A program made the position numbers and the translations under genes. A stretch of DNA of 31,170 bases from an uncultured bacterium (GTDB lineage Bacteria; Zixibacteria; MSB-5A5; JAABVY01; JAHJOQ01). This document shows positions 16,288 through 25,291 of the stretch, piece by piece. The notes below the pieces were generated by a model. It ran no database searches. It had not been told where the DNA came from and saw nothing but the letters and a program-made list of their open reading frames with translations. Each line of letters begins with the position of its first letter. Position 1 is the first letter of the stretch. The stretch lies in the NCBI GenBank assembly GCA_965369655.1, contig CBDUQR010000034.1, positions 1 to 31,170 on the forward strand, in the 5' to 3' direction.

Positions 16288-19200
16288 GTGATAAGAAACC
16301 TCCCGTCGGCAATCTCCTGGACTCTCTTCGAGAGAGAGCCAAGGAGTTTGACTGTCTGTACGAAATTGAAGAGATGCTGAAGGATTTCGACAGGCCTTTG
16401 GAGGACGTGTGCGCTGACATCATTGAGGAAATTCCGTCGGGCTGGCAATTTCCGGACGTCTGCGTTGCAAAGATCTCTATGGATGGCAAGGATTACTCAT
16501 CCCCAGACTTCGTCGAGACATCATGGGTACTGAGTGCACAGATTCAGAGTCAGGAGAAAGTGTTTGGATCGATCAATGTCTACTATACCAGGGAGATGCC
16601 TCAGTCGGGAATTGGGCCATTTCTGAGCGGAGAGAAAAGGCTGATTGATACGATTGCAGACCGATTCAGTCACTACATTCAGCATCGGAAGTGGAAGAAA
16701 ATTGTCAGGCAATGGGAAACGGCTCAGGATGATCTGTCAAGGCACAGGAAGCCGGAGTGGCAGGTTGTATTGGAGTTGCTCAGACGGACCGACAAGAACC
16801 TGCTCCTGAATGTATCTCACAAAATGCTGAATCACCTCTGTTGGAACGGCATTGAAGAGGCGGAGCAACTGCGACAGGGTGCGAGCATCGGGCCGATTAT
16901 GGACGACGAGGAAATGTTTCAGGATGTGAATCAGCCGCATGCGAAGCAAGCCCTGCTGTTCTCCGAGGAATTGAGCGTAGAAACGTTCAGGATCGCTTCC
17001 GAGCACTTTGCCGATGAAGACATCCTGAACAGGATGCAGCGGTGGATACAGCAGGAGAAACTTGTTTTTCTCGTACAGGTCGTGAACCGAAATCTTCCCC
17101 TGTCTGAGGTTGCCGATGCTATCAGGCGGTATCACCACCTCGCCGCAGAGGAAAAAGGTATAGAATCGCCCAACAAGAAAGGTATCGAGGTTTCTCTTAT
17201 TCGTCGCTTCTTTTCCGACCAGCTCGACTTCATAAAAGTAGCAAAAAACTATATCGAGGTCTCTGACTTCTATCAACTGCTGAAACGCGTCCTCTACGCA
17301 ACCGAAAGTCACGGAAAGCTTGGGGGCAAATGCGCAGGAGTATATCTGGCCTCGCAGATACTGAAGAAGTCAGAAAAGCACCCTGATCTGCTTGGGAATG
17401 TCAAGACTCCGAGAACATGGTATGTGTCATCAGATATGTTGCTCCAATTCATGCGCTATAACAATTTCGATGAAGTCGTCGAGCAGAAGTACAAAGACAT
17501 AGACCAGGTGCGGCTCGAATATCCGTACATCGTCCGGACATTCAAGAATTCTCACTTTCCTATGGAGATTGTCCAGGGATTGTCGCTCGCCCTCGACGAT
17601 TTCGGAGATTGCCCTCTCATCGTCAGGAGTTCCAGTCTTCTGGAGGACAGGTTGGGTGCGTCATTCTCCGGCAAGTACAAGAGCCTCTTTATCGCGAATC
17701 GCGGTACGAAGGCGGAGAAACTCGAAGCGCTCACGGATGCAATTGCCGAGGTTTACGCATCGACATTCGGCCCTGATCCGATAGAATACCGCGCCGAACG
17801 GGGGCTGCTTGATTTTGGCGAAGAGATGGGGATTATGATTCAGGAAGTGGTCGGCTCCAGGATCGGCAAGTATTTCTTCCCAACATTTGCAGGAGTTGCA
17901 TTCAGCAGGAATGAATTCAGATGGTCGCCGCGCATCAAGCGAGAGGATGGTCTCATTCGGATGGTTCCCGGTCTCGGAACGCGCGCTGTCGACAGATTGA
18001 GCAGTGACTACCCCATCCTCGTAGCTCCCGGCCAGCCGAATCTGCGAGTGAATGTCTCTATCAATGAGATCGTGCAATACTCGCCGAAGGAAATCGATGT
18101 TATCGATCTCGATACCAATTCACTCGAGACTCTGACGCTGGAGAAAATTCTCAGAGAGGTGGGCGACGAAATTCCCGGGGTCGAACACATTGTCTCGACG
18201 TTTGACGGCGATCATATCAGGAGGCTGTCAGGTCTCAATACTAACTTCGACGAAGGTAAATATGTAGTCACATTCGATGGGCTGATGTCTCAGACGAAGT
18301 TTATCGAGCAGGTCCATGCCATGCTCGAGGTTCTGGAAAGTGAGCTCGGAACTCCGGTTGACATCGAATTCGCTTCCGATGGTAAGGACTTCTATTTACT
18401 GCAATGCAGGCCTCAGTGCTACGCTCCGGATGCTCTTCCAGCGCCTATACCGAAGGATATTCCTGACGAGGATGTTCTTTTCTCAGCCAACAAATATATA
18501 TCAAACGGTACTGTGGAGGGCATAACGCACATAGTTTATGTCGATCCGATCAAGTATGGACAGATATCGGAGCACTCCGAAATGCTTGCGGTAGGCAGGG
18601 CAGTCGGCAGACTCAACAAACTGCTGCCGAAGCGTCAGTTTATACTGATGGGGCCGGGACGCTGGGGGAGCAAGGGTGACATCAAACTGGGAGTCAGCGT
18701 AACCTATTCCGACATCAACAACAGCGTAGTTCTGATGGAAATTGCTCGTCAGAAGGGCGATTATCTCCCGGACCTTTCATTCGGAACTCATTTCTTCCAG
18801 GATCTTGTTGAGACCAATGTGCGTTATCTGCCGTTATATCCGGATGACGACGGCGTAGTCTTCAACGAGCGGTTCTTCACGAGTTCGCCGAACATACTCT
18901 TGGAAGTACTGCCGGAATACGCCCATCTTTCCGATGTTCTCCGTCTGATCGATGTCTCCAAGTCCTCCGGGGGAAAGGTGCTCAGGATTCTTATGAACGC
19001 TGATCTGGATGAGGCGGTCGGTATCCTTGCTCATCCCGGAGGAGAAGAGCCGACAGCCAAACTGCTGGATCAATATGAGGAACAGCAACCGGAAAACCAC
19101 TGGAGTTGGCGACTGAGGATGGCTGAGAAAATAGCATCGCAGATGGACCCGTCGAAGTTCGGTGTGATTGCGCTTTACATATTCGGAAGTACCAAGAACG

Positions 19201-19466
19201 GAACCGCAGGACCCGGCAGCGATATCGATATTCTGGTTCACTTCAGAGGAACCGCGAATGAACGCGACATGCTCAATACCTGGCTGCACGGCTGGAGCCT
19301 CTGCCTCGACGAAGTGAACTATCTTCGGACCGGCTACAGGACAGGCGGGCTGCTCGATGTGCACATCGTCACCGACGCGGACATAGAGAAAAAGACGAGC
19401 TATGCTGTCAAGATAGGCGCGGTCACAGACGCCGCGAGACCTTTGTCACTCGGCAAGTCAGAGTAG
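16284..19466 (+). CDS. GAF-like + PPDK_N ATP-grasp + unknown domain + nucleotidyltransferase fusion protein (1060 aa)
   Basis: N-terminal ERAKEFDCLY..PSGWQFPD..PFL..E segment; LGGKCAG, IVRSSSLLED, DIEFA, LQCRP; C-terminal LYIFGSTKNGTAGPGSDIDILV..LDVHIV Pol-beta-type motif. ATGA overlap with the previous gene. Confidence 0.85.
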   Translation: MSDKKPPVGNLLDSLRERAKEFDCLYEIEEMLKDFDRPLEDVCADIIEEIPSGWQFPDVCVAKISMDGKDYSSPDFVETSWVLSAQIQSQEKVFGSINVYYTREMPQSGIGPFLSGEKRLIDTIADRFSHYIQHRKWKKIVRQWETAQDDLSRHRKPEWQVVLELLRRTDKNLLLNVSHKMLNHLCWNGIEEAEQLRQGASIGPIMDDEEMFQDVNQPHAKQALLFSEELSVETFRIASEHFADEDILNRMQRWIQQEKLVFLVQVVNRNLPLSEVADAIRRYHHLAAEEKGIESPNKKGIEVSLIRRFFSDQLDFIKVAKNYIEVSDFYQLLKRVLYATESHGKLGGKCAGVYLASQILKKSEKHPDLLGNVKTPRTWYVSSDMLLQFMRYNNFDEVVEQKYKDIDQVRLEYPYIVRTFKNSHFPMEIVQGLSLALDDFGDCPLIVRSSSLLEDRLGASFSGKYKSLFIANRGTKAEKLEALTDAIAEVYASTFGPDPIEYRAERGLLDFGEEMGIMIQEVVGSRIGKYFFPTFAGVAFSRNEFRWSPRIKREDGLIRMVPGLGTRAVDRLSSDYPILVAPGQPNLRVNVSINEIVQYSPKEIDVIDLDTNSLETLTLEKILREVGDEIPGVEHIVSTFDGDHIRRLSGLNTNFDEGKYVVTFDGLMSQTKFIEQVHAMLEVLESELGTPVDIEFASDGKDFYLLQCRPQCYAPDALPAPIPKDIPDEDVLFSANKYISNGTVEGITHIVYVDPIKYGQISEHSEMLAVGRAVGRLNKLLPKRQFILMGPGRWGSKGDIKLGVSVTYSDINNSVVLMEIARQKGDYLPDLSFGTHFFQDLVETNVRYLPLYPDDDGVVFNERFFTSSPNILLEVLPEYAHLSDVLRLIDVSKSSGGKVLRILMNADLDEAVGILAHPGGEEPTAKLLDQYEEQQPENHWSWRLRMAEKIASQMDPSKFGVIALYIFGSTKNGTAGPGSDIDILVHFRGTANERDMLNTWLHGWSLCLDEVNYLRTGYRTGGLLDVHIVTDADIEKKTSYAVKIGAVTDAARPLSLGKSE

Positions 19467-19468
19467 GG

Positions 19469-20308
19469 TCAGATCAACTCTCGTGTTGCGCCATCCAGAT
19501 TCTCGAGATCGAACCGCACCAGAGCCAGTTCAGGACCATCATGAGCGGCGGAAAACATGTGTGTTTCGCCAATCAGGTCGCGCCATGATCCAGTAAGTCG
19601 CGGCGACTCGTGGATATGGCCGTGAAGAGTCAAGAGCGGCTGCTGCGTTTCAATGAATTGCCGTACAGCTTTGCTGCCAACGTTAATATGTGACGGGATG
19701 TGATCGAGATTCGTACGGTAGGGCGGTGTGTGAAACAGCATGACGGATTTGCTTAAATCAGCGTCACCAGTCAATTGCTCCAGATCTTTCTGAATGGTTG
19801 AGTATCTCGTTTCGTCACTCGAAACATCAGAACTGTGGAAACCGTCCTCCGGTGAGATCGTTCCGGGATCAACATATCGGGAAACATCGTATCGCTCCCA
19901 GTCTTTCAAGAGAAACGGGGTCGGAGGAACATAGGCATATCCGTAGACTGAATGCTCGCCGAGTGCGACCTTGCGATCATGCACATAAGTCCAGATTCCC
20001 TCCGCTCTCAGGATCGAGCTTTCAGCCGCGCGACCGTCATCATTGCCCAGAATCAGGAACACTGTTGGATATGATTCGCCAAGTTCTCTCCTGACCCGTG
20101 CGAACTCCACTGCAAGGTAATCTGTCACGAAGTCGGAAATGCCACCGTGTCGATCCTGCTGACTCGATGACATGTGCGGCAGAATATCTCCTCCGATAAA
20201 GAGAACATCAAGCGGCTCACTCACAAGTCTGTCGAACAGCTTTTCGTACCTGTTGATGCTTCCGTGGATATCTGATACGAAAAAACATCTGGTCCGCTTC
20301 TCAACCAT
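19469..20308 (-). CDS. calcineurin-like (Icc-related) metallophosphoesterase
   Basis: SDIHG, GGD, GNDD, HTPP and HGHIHE motifs. Start ATG 20308; the longer 5' extension runs through a repeat. Confidence 0.88.
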   Translation of the reverse strand: MVEKRTRCFFVSDIHGSINRYEKLFDRLVSEPLDVLFIGGDILPHMSSSQQDRHGGISDFVTDYLAVEFARVRRELGESYPTVFLILGNDDGRAAESSILRAEGIWTYVHDRKVALGEHSVYGYAYVPPTPFLLKDWERYDVSRYVDPGTISPEDGFHSSDVSSDETRYSTIQKDLEQLTGDADLSKSVMLFHTPPYRTNLDHIPSHINVGSKAVRQFIETQQPLLTLHGHIHESPRLTGSWRDLIGETHMFSAAHDGPELALVRFDLENLDGATRELI

Positions 20309-20398
20309 AGAACATATAATGCCGTCAATCCTTCGTTCGATCAACACTTTTGTTCGCATTTGACGAATAGAGAAGAATCCGTGGCGACAGATAACCAA

Positions 20399-20463
20399 GT
20401 CGTTGCCGCTCCTCGCGAAGACGCCTGCGGTGTTCGTCATAGCGAGCGAAGCGTGGCTATCTC
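20399..20463. repeat. divergent pair of GTCAT(T/A)GCGAG...GC(A/T)ATCTC REP-like units
   Basis: 20436-20463 matches 12973-13000; the reverse complement of 20399-20422 resembles 26250-26273. Confidence 0.75.
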
Positions 20464-20564
20464 CAGCTTCTCGACTGTTTTTGTTGACTGTCGTGCCTCA
20501 TGTTGAATAATTCTTCTGACTGAGTGTAGTTATTCCAGACAGAGATTTCTGGTGAGAGGCAAAC

Positions 20565-21158
20565 ATGACTTTATCCGGATTCTTCTTCCTCTGCCTGATA
20601 GCAGGCCTGATATATGCGGTGATTAGCCTGATCATGTCGGGCGGATTTTCTGCCGGGACAGAAGCGGACATGAGCGTCGACGGCGGTGATATCGACGCGG
20701 GCGACGTCAGCGGCGAAATAACATTCTCGCCAGTCTCCCCCACCGTGATAGCTACATTCATAACCGCATTCGGCGGCGGAGGCATCGTTGCGACTGAAGG
20801 TCTGAAGTGGGGCGCACTGGCTGCCGTTGCGACAGCGTGCGGCTCCGGGTTTGCGATTGCGGGACTCGTATATGCAGTCCTGAGCACAGTCTACAAGCGG
20901 ACGCAGGGGTCGTCGGAAGCTCATGCGGAAGACGCTATCGGTGTGACGGCGCAGGTGCTCACTCCGATAGCGAACGACACAGTTGGCGAGATTGCGTATG
21001 TCTGTCGCGGTTCGCGTCTCACCGGACCCGCAAGATCAATCGACAATCAGGCGATCGGAAAGAATACTTTAGTCGAGATCATCAGGGTCGTAGGCTCGAC
21101 ACTCTACGTCCGTCCGGTCTCAGGCGATTCACAGGACGGTAAGGATCAGGAGGGTTAG
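20565..21158 (+). CDS. NfeD-like membrane protein (flotillin partner)
   Basis: Three TM segments then an OB-fold-type tail (IGVTAQVLTPI..GEI..ARS..I.K...VEII.V.G.TLYV), directly upstream of flotillin. Confidence 0.85.
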   Translation: MTLSGFFFLCLIAGLIYAVISLIMSGGFSAGTEADMSVDGGDIDAGDVSGEITFSPVSPTVIATFITAFGGGGIVATEGLKWGALAAVATACGSGFAIAGLVYAVLSTVYKRTQGSSEAHAEDAIGVTAQVLTPIANDTVGEIAYVCRGSRLTGPARSIDNQAIGKNTLVEIIRVVGSTLYVRPVSGDSQDGKDQEG

Positions 21159-21161
21159 ATC

Positions 21162-22610
21162 ATGTTCGGACTCGACATAAGCTGGGTATTCGCGGTCTTC
21201 GCGGTAATAATGGTCGTGTTCTTCCTTTTCATCGTAATCTCGAAGAGATATGTCAAGGTCGGACCAAACGAAGTTCTGGTCATCTCGGGCGTGAGGCACA
21301 AGATACTCACGGTAGATGGCGGCAAGGAATCAGTCGGTTACAGGATATTGAAAGGCGGCGGCACGTTCGTAATCCCGATTTTCGAACGTGTCGACCGCCT
21401 TTCACTGGAGATATTCACACTCGACGTGAACACACCGGAGGTCTACACGGCTCTGGGTGTTACGGTCATGGTGGATGGCGTTGCGCAGGTAAAAATCAAG
21501 GGAGATGACGTTTCGATACGGACAGCTGCTGAGCAGTTTCTTTCGAAGGGAAAGCAGGAGATAATGAATATCTCCCTGCAGACCATGGAAGGTCACCTGC
21601 GCGCCATCCTCGGAACCATGACGGTTGAGGAGATATACTCTAACCGCGATGCATTCGCCTCGAAAGTCCAGGAAGTTGCCGCCACAGACCTGGCGAACAT
21701 GGGAATGGTCGTCGTCTCGTTTACCATCCGCGACATCCGGGACAATCAGGGATATCTCGATGCTCTCGGAAAACCGCGTGTTGCACAGGTGATGCGCGAT
21801 GCCGCCATCGGTGAGGCGGAAGCGTCGAGGGACGCCACCATAAGATCGGCAGACGCTAAACGCCTGGGCGAAGTTGGCAGACTTGAGGCCGAGACAAAGA
21901 TCGCGGCGGCGGACCGGGACTATCAGATGAAGCTCGCCGAGTATGAAGCATCGGTAAACCAGAAGAAAGCCGACGCCGATCTCGCGTACGATCTCCAGAA
22001 ATACAAGACTGAGCAGCTTGTCAAGGAAGAGGAAGTTTCGGTCAAGATCGTCGAGAAGACGAAAGAGATCGAGCTCGCCGAGAAAGAGGTCTCACGCAAG
22101 CAACTCGAGTTGAACGCATCGATCCAGCGCCCTGCGGATGCAGAGAAATACAAGCTGGAGACGGTCGCAGAAGGGCAGTCATCCGCGATCAAACTAACCG
22201 GTCACGCTGAAGCCGAGGCGAACAAAGCTCGCGGCATCGCGCAGGCTGACGTCATCAGGGCACAGGGGCTTTCCGAAGCCGAGGCGATGTCCAAGAAATC
22301 CGAAGCCTGGAAAGAGTACAACCAGGCTGCAATCGCGCAGATGCTGATCGAGAAGCTTCCCGAAATAGCTCGAGCAATCTCCGAACCGCTGACAAAGACG
22401 GAGAAAATTGTCATTATCAATTCCGGCAATGGTCCCGGTGGCGGAGCATCGAAGATTACCGGCGATGTCACGCAGATAATCGCACAGCTTCCGCCGGTTG
22501 TCGAATCTTTGACTGGTCTGAAGTTCGAGGATATTCTCGGTCGCATTCCCGGCATCCAGCGCGAAAAGAAAGCCGAGGTCAGAATAAAGGACCCTGAACA
22601 GGAATCGTAA
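21162..22610 (+). CDS. flotillin (SPFH domain) protein
   Basis: N-terminal TM, GGGTFVIP, AAEQFL, EGHLRAILGTMTVEEI, GYLDALG, AEA-rich coiled coil, KLPEIARAISEPL. Confidence 0.95.
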   Translation: MFGLDISWVFAVFAVIMVVFFLFIVISKRYVKVGPNEVLVISGVRHKILTVDGGKESVGYRILKGGGTFVIPIFERVDRLSLEIFTLDVNTPEVYTALGVTVMVDGVAQVKIKGDDVSIRTAAEQFLSKGKQEIMNISLQTMEGHLRAILGTMTVEEIYSNRDAFASKVQEVAATDLANMGMVVVSFTIRDIRDNQGYLDALGKPRVAQVMRDAAIGEAEASRDATIRSADAKRLGEVGRLEAETKIAAADRDYQMKLAEYEASVNQKKADADLAYDLQKYKTEQLVKEEEVSVKIVEKTKEIELAEKEVSRKQLELNASIQRPADAEKYKLETVAEGQSSAIKLTGHAEAEANKARGIAQADVIRAQGLSEAEAMSKKSEAWKEYNQAAIAQMLIEKLPEIARAISEPLTKTEKIVIINSGNGPGGGASKITGDVTQIIAQLPPVVESLTGLKFEDILGRIPGIQREKKAEVRIKDPEQES

Positions 22611-22647
22611 GATTCCAGCCGTTGAATAGCGCAAAGCACAAACCGAT

Positions 22648-22673
22648 TGTAACAATGGCTTCCGCTTTTCGTA
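22648..22673 (+). promoter_or_regulatory. ECF sigma-type promoter upstream of the pspC-like gene
   Basis: TGTAAC-16 nt-CGTA, matching the SigW/SigX-type consensus spacing. Confidence 0.6.
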
Positions 22674-22704
22674 TTATTAGACTGGCACGAGCAAGGAGGT
22701 TGAT

Positions 22705-23112
22705 ATGAAAAAGCTCGAACGGTCGCGCGAAAGTAAAGTTATCGGCGGTGTATGTGGGGGCCTCGGCGAATACTTCAATATTGATCCAGTTATTTTCCGG
22801 ATCGCATTCGTGATACTCGCACTCGGTGAGGGGATCGGTGTGATCGCCTACATCGTCTGCTGGATCGCTATTCCTGAGCGCCCGAAGGGAAAAGTCGCGG
22901 ACACGACGCCACCGAAATCTGACCTTGTCAAGTTCCTGCCGGGACTCGCTCTTATACTGATCGGTGTGTTGTTTCTTTTCGACAACCTGTTTTTCTGGTT
23001 CGATTTCGACCACCTGTGGCCTCTGATAGTAATAGGCGCCGGACTGATGATGATTTTCTTCACACTCCAGAACAGAGGGGAGCGCAAAGAAAGTGAACGC
23101 GGGGAAAGTTAA
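22705..23112 (+). CDS. pspC: PspC-domain protein with C-terminal LiaF/DUF5668-like TM hairpin
   Basis: MKKLERSRESKVIGGVCGGLGEYFNIDPVIFR..YIVCWIAIPE; GLALILIG..LWPLIVIGAG; AAGGAGG RBS. Confidence 0.88.
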   Translation: MKKLERSRESKVIGGVCGGLGEYFNIDPVIFRIAFVILALGEGIGVIAYIVCWIAIPERPKGKVADTTPPKSDLVKFLPGLALILIGVLFLFDNLFFWFDFDHLWPLIVIGAGLMMIFFTLQNRGERKESERGES

Positions 23113-23995
23113 TTTCGGTCTGCTGCTGATTATTATTGGGCTTGCTGCTTTCGCTGTCAATGTCGATCTGATGGACTGGTATGTCTATCTCGATCTGCTC
23201 GATCTGTGGCCGGTCCTGCTCGTTGCGCTCGGCGTGCAGATGATCTTCCGACGGACTCCGATCCCGCAACTCGCCTATGTATCCAGTCTCTTAATCGCCG
23301 TAGTCGGTGGATATGTCCTGATGGATAATCTCGATATCGAGAATTCAGGCATGCGCGAACGCATTATCACCACGAGTCTGTCCGATCTTGACGATAGCGT
23401 TTCAAGGATGGTGTTCGACATAAATGTCGATGACTGTGATCTGACGATTGGCGGAACAGACTCTGAGATTGCCGAGTGCTGTTTCAGGAATTTCCTGACT
23501 AAACCGGACATCGAACTCGAAACGAGAACCGACCATGCTGTTCTGACCATAGGCGAAAGCCGTATTTCCGGGATCAACATTTTCGACCAGGAATACGCTT
23601 TGCCGGAATGGGATGTGAGACTCTACAGCATGCTGCCGGCAGAATTGAGACTCGACTGCAGGGATTCGGATCTCCGTCTCAACCTCGAAGATATTGAAAT
23701 AAACAAACTGACAGCCAGGATTCCGCATTCCAGCATGAATGTCAGGTTTGGCAGCAAGTCGCCCGAAATCGACGCTTCCATGACCGTCAGCCGATCCGAG
23801 ATTCGCATCAGGATACCGGAGGGCGCAGGCGTGGAAATTCTCGATGCGCGGAGTTTCAACGACTACTATGTCGGCGATCTGGACTTGACTGTCGACGGGG
23901 ACAGACTATACACTGCCGGATTCGACTCTGCGTCGGTCAGGTTCAGTTTCGATTTCAGTGGAAATGCGAAGCTTCTCAGGTTACTCCACTACTGA
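23093..23995 (+). CDS. LiaF/DUF5668-like TM domain plus extracytoplasmic beta-rich domain protein
   Basis: GLLLIIIG..LWPVLLVALG TM motif followed by a beta-strand-rich acidic domain; overlaps the pspC end. Confidence 0.7.
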   Translation: MNAGKVNFGLLLIIIGLAAFAVNVDLMDWYVYLDLLDLWPVLLVALGVQMIFRRTPIPQLAYVSSLLIAVVGGYVLMDNLDIENSGMRERIITTSLSDLDDSVSRMVFDINVDDCDLTIGGTDSEIAECCFRNFLTKPDIELETRTDHAVLTIGESRISGINIFDQEYALPEWDVRLYSMLPAELRLDCRDSDLRLNLEDIEINKLTARIPHSSMNVRFGSKSPEIDASMTVSRSEIRIRIPEGAGVEILDARSFNDYYVGDLDLTVDGDRLYTAGFDSASVRFSFDFSGNAKLLRLLHY

Positions 23996-24044
23996 ACCGG
24001 AGTCGGTCACAATCCCGAATGGTCGATCCCTGAGATAAGGGCGA

Positions 24045-25196
24045 TTACGCGTCTGTCCAGATTTCCTCGAACACGATGTTCCGTTTCGCAAGTTCATCGA
24101 AGAACTGTTCGGGTGGAACTGCGATCTCCTGCGGGACGGTGCCACGTGCGGTGATCCTGCCGTCGGCCTGCATCTGCGAAACTATGATCGCGGGAAACGC
24201 AGTCATCCTCATCATCGCGGTCAGACCGGTGCTGTCATCGAATAAGTCTACGAGCCTGTATTTCAGGCTCCTTCTGCGTCCATCGGTTTCGCCGATCAAC
24301 TCGACCTGCACAAGCACGACGTCTTTGCCGCTCGACTGGAGCGATCTCTCCAGCAGCCTTCCAGTCATCTCCCTCGGAACGACACGGCATCCGCTGATTT
24401 CGATTTCGTCCGATGAGAAAAAACCGAGATCGAGAAAAGGTCTTATCTTATCGCAGTGTCCCGGGTACCTGATAGTTTTGTAGTCCAGGTTTCTGACTTT
24501 GCCGAGATATGTGCCGACGAGTGTCGATGTGCCTCCCGATGTCGTGAATGCTTCGAGTCTGTCGAACGGCTCAGGGAATGATAAGTCCTCGATTTCACTC
24601 AGCGGAGACAGCGTTACCACATCACCATCTCTGATAGCGCGCACCGGTTCGATATATTCATTGATCAGCCCTTCCACCGAGAATACGAGCATGTAACTAA
24701 GCGGCGGTCGCGGATCCTGTGGCAGGCCGCCTACGCGGAGATGAATGTCATCGATCCTGTCGAAACGCTTCTCGCCATGCGCGACGACGACCGAGACCAT
24801 TCCCGGAGCGAGGCCGCAGTCGGGTATGATTGATACGCCCGCTTTCGCGGCATCGTCGGAGAGTGTCATCTGCTGATCGACAATTGAGTTATTACCACCG
24901 AGATCGCAGAAATGCGCGCCGAGTTCAATAGCCATCCGCGACAATTCGTAGTTGAATTTGTAATGGACTGCTCCGAGGATAGCGGCGGTTCCTTCGAGCT
25001 TGGATTTCAGTTCGTCGATTCGAGCAACATCCGCCTGAATAGGGATGATTCGTTCATCCTTGAATCTTGCCCTGAGTTCTTCAGCCGCATTGAAATCTAT
25101 GTCGGCAGCTATGATTCTCTCAATCTTTTCGTTTCTCGTCAGGTCATAGACGGCCGCCTGACCCATCAATCCACAACCGAGTACCGCAAGTTGCAT
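24045..25196 (-). CDS. saccharopine dehydrogenase-like oxidoreductase (lysine 6-dehydrogenase type)
   Basis: MQLAVLGCGLMG Rossmann motif, DLGG, DCGLAPG, VGGLPQ..FSVEGLINEY, YKTIRYPGH, TAMMRMTAFP; GGAGGT RBS before ATG 25196. Confidence 0.88.
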   Translation of the reverse strand: MQLAVLGCGLMGQAAVYDLTRNEKIERIIAADIDFNAAEELRARFKDERIIPIQADVARIDELKSKLEGTAAILGAVHYKFNYELSRMAIELGAHFCDLGGNNSIVDQQMTLSDDAAKAGVSIIPDCGLAPGMVSVVVAHGEKRFDRIDDIHLRVGGLPQDPRPPLSYMLVFSVEGLINEYIEPVRAIRDGDVVTLSPLSEIEDLSFPEPFDRLEAFTTSGGTSTLVGTYLGKVRNLDYKTIRYPGHCDKIRPFLDLGFFSSDEIEISGCRVVPREMTGRLLERSLQSSGKDVVLVQVELIGETDGRRRSLKYRLVDLFDDSTGLTAMMRMTAFPAIIVSQMQADGRITARGTVPQEIAVPPEQFFDELAKRNIVFEEIWTDA

Positions 25197-25229
25197 AATC
25201 ACCTCCGGGATGCATGATCGAAAACCGCA

Positions 25230-25258
25230 ATTATAGCACAACCGCGGACAAGAATCCA
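25230..25258 (-). promoter_or_regulatory. extended -10 sigma70 promoter for the dehydrogenase
   Basis: Minus strand TGGATT-17 nt-TATAAT with TGc before the -10. Confidence 0.6.
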
Positions 25259-25291
25259 GAAGTAAAGAGCGGCATTGTGGGTTACGCGGAA

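Noticed and set aside
14566-19466. Annotation as ppsA/ppdK
   Set aside because: Neither protein has the TSHA His domain or the PEP-binding barrel.
22682-22698. sigma54-like CTGGCACG before pspC
   Set aside because: No GC at the -12 position, and it overlaps the RBS.
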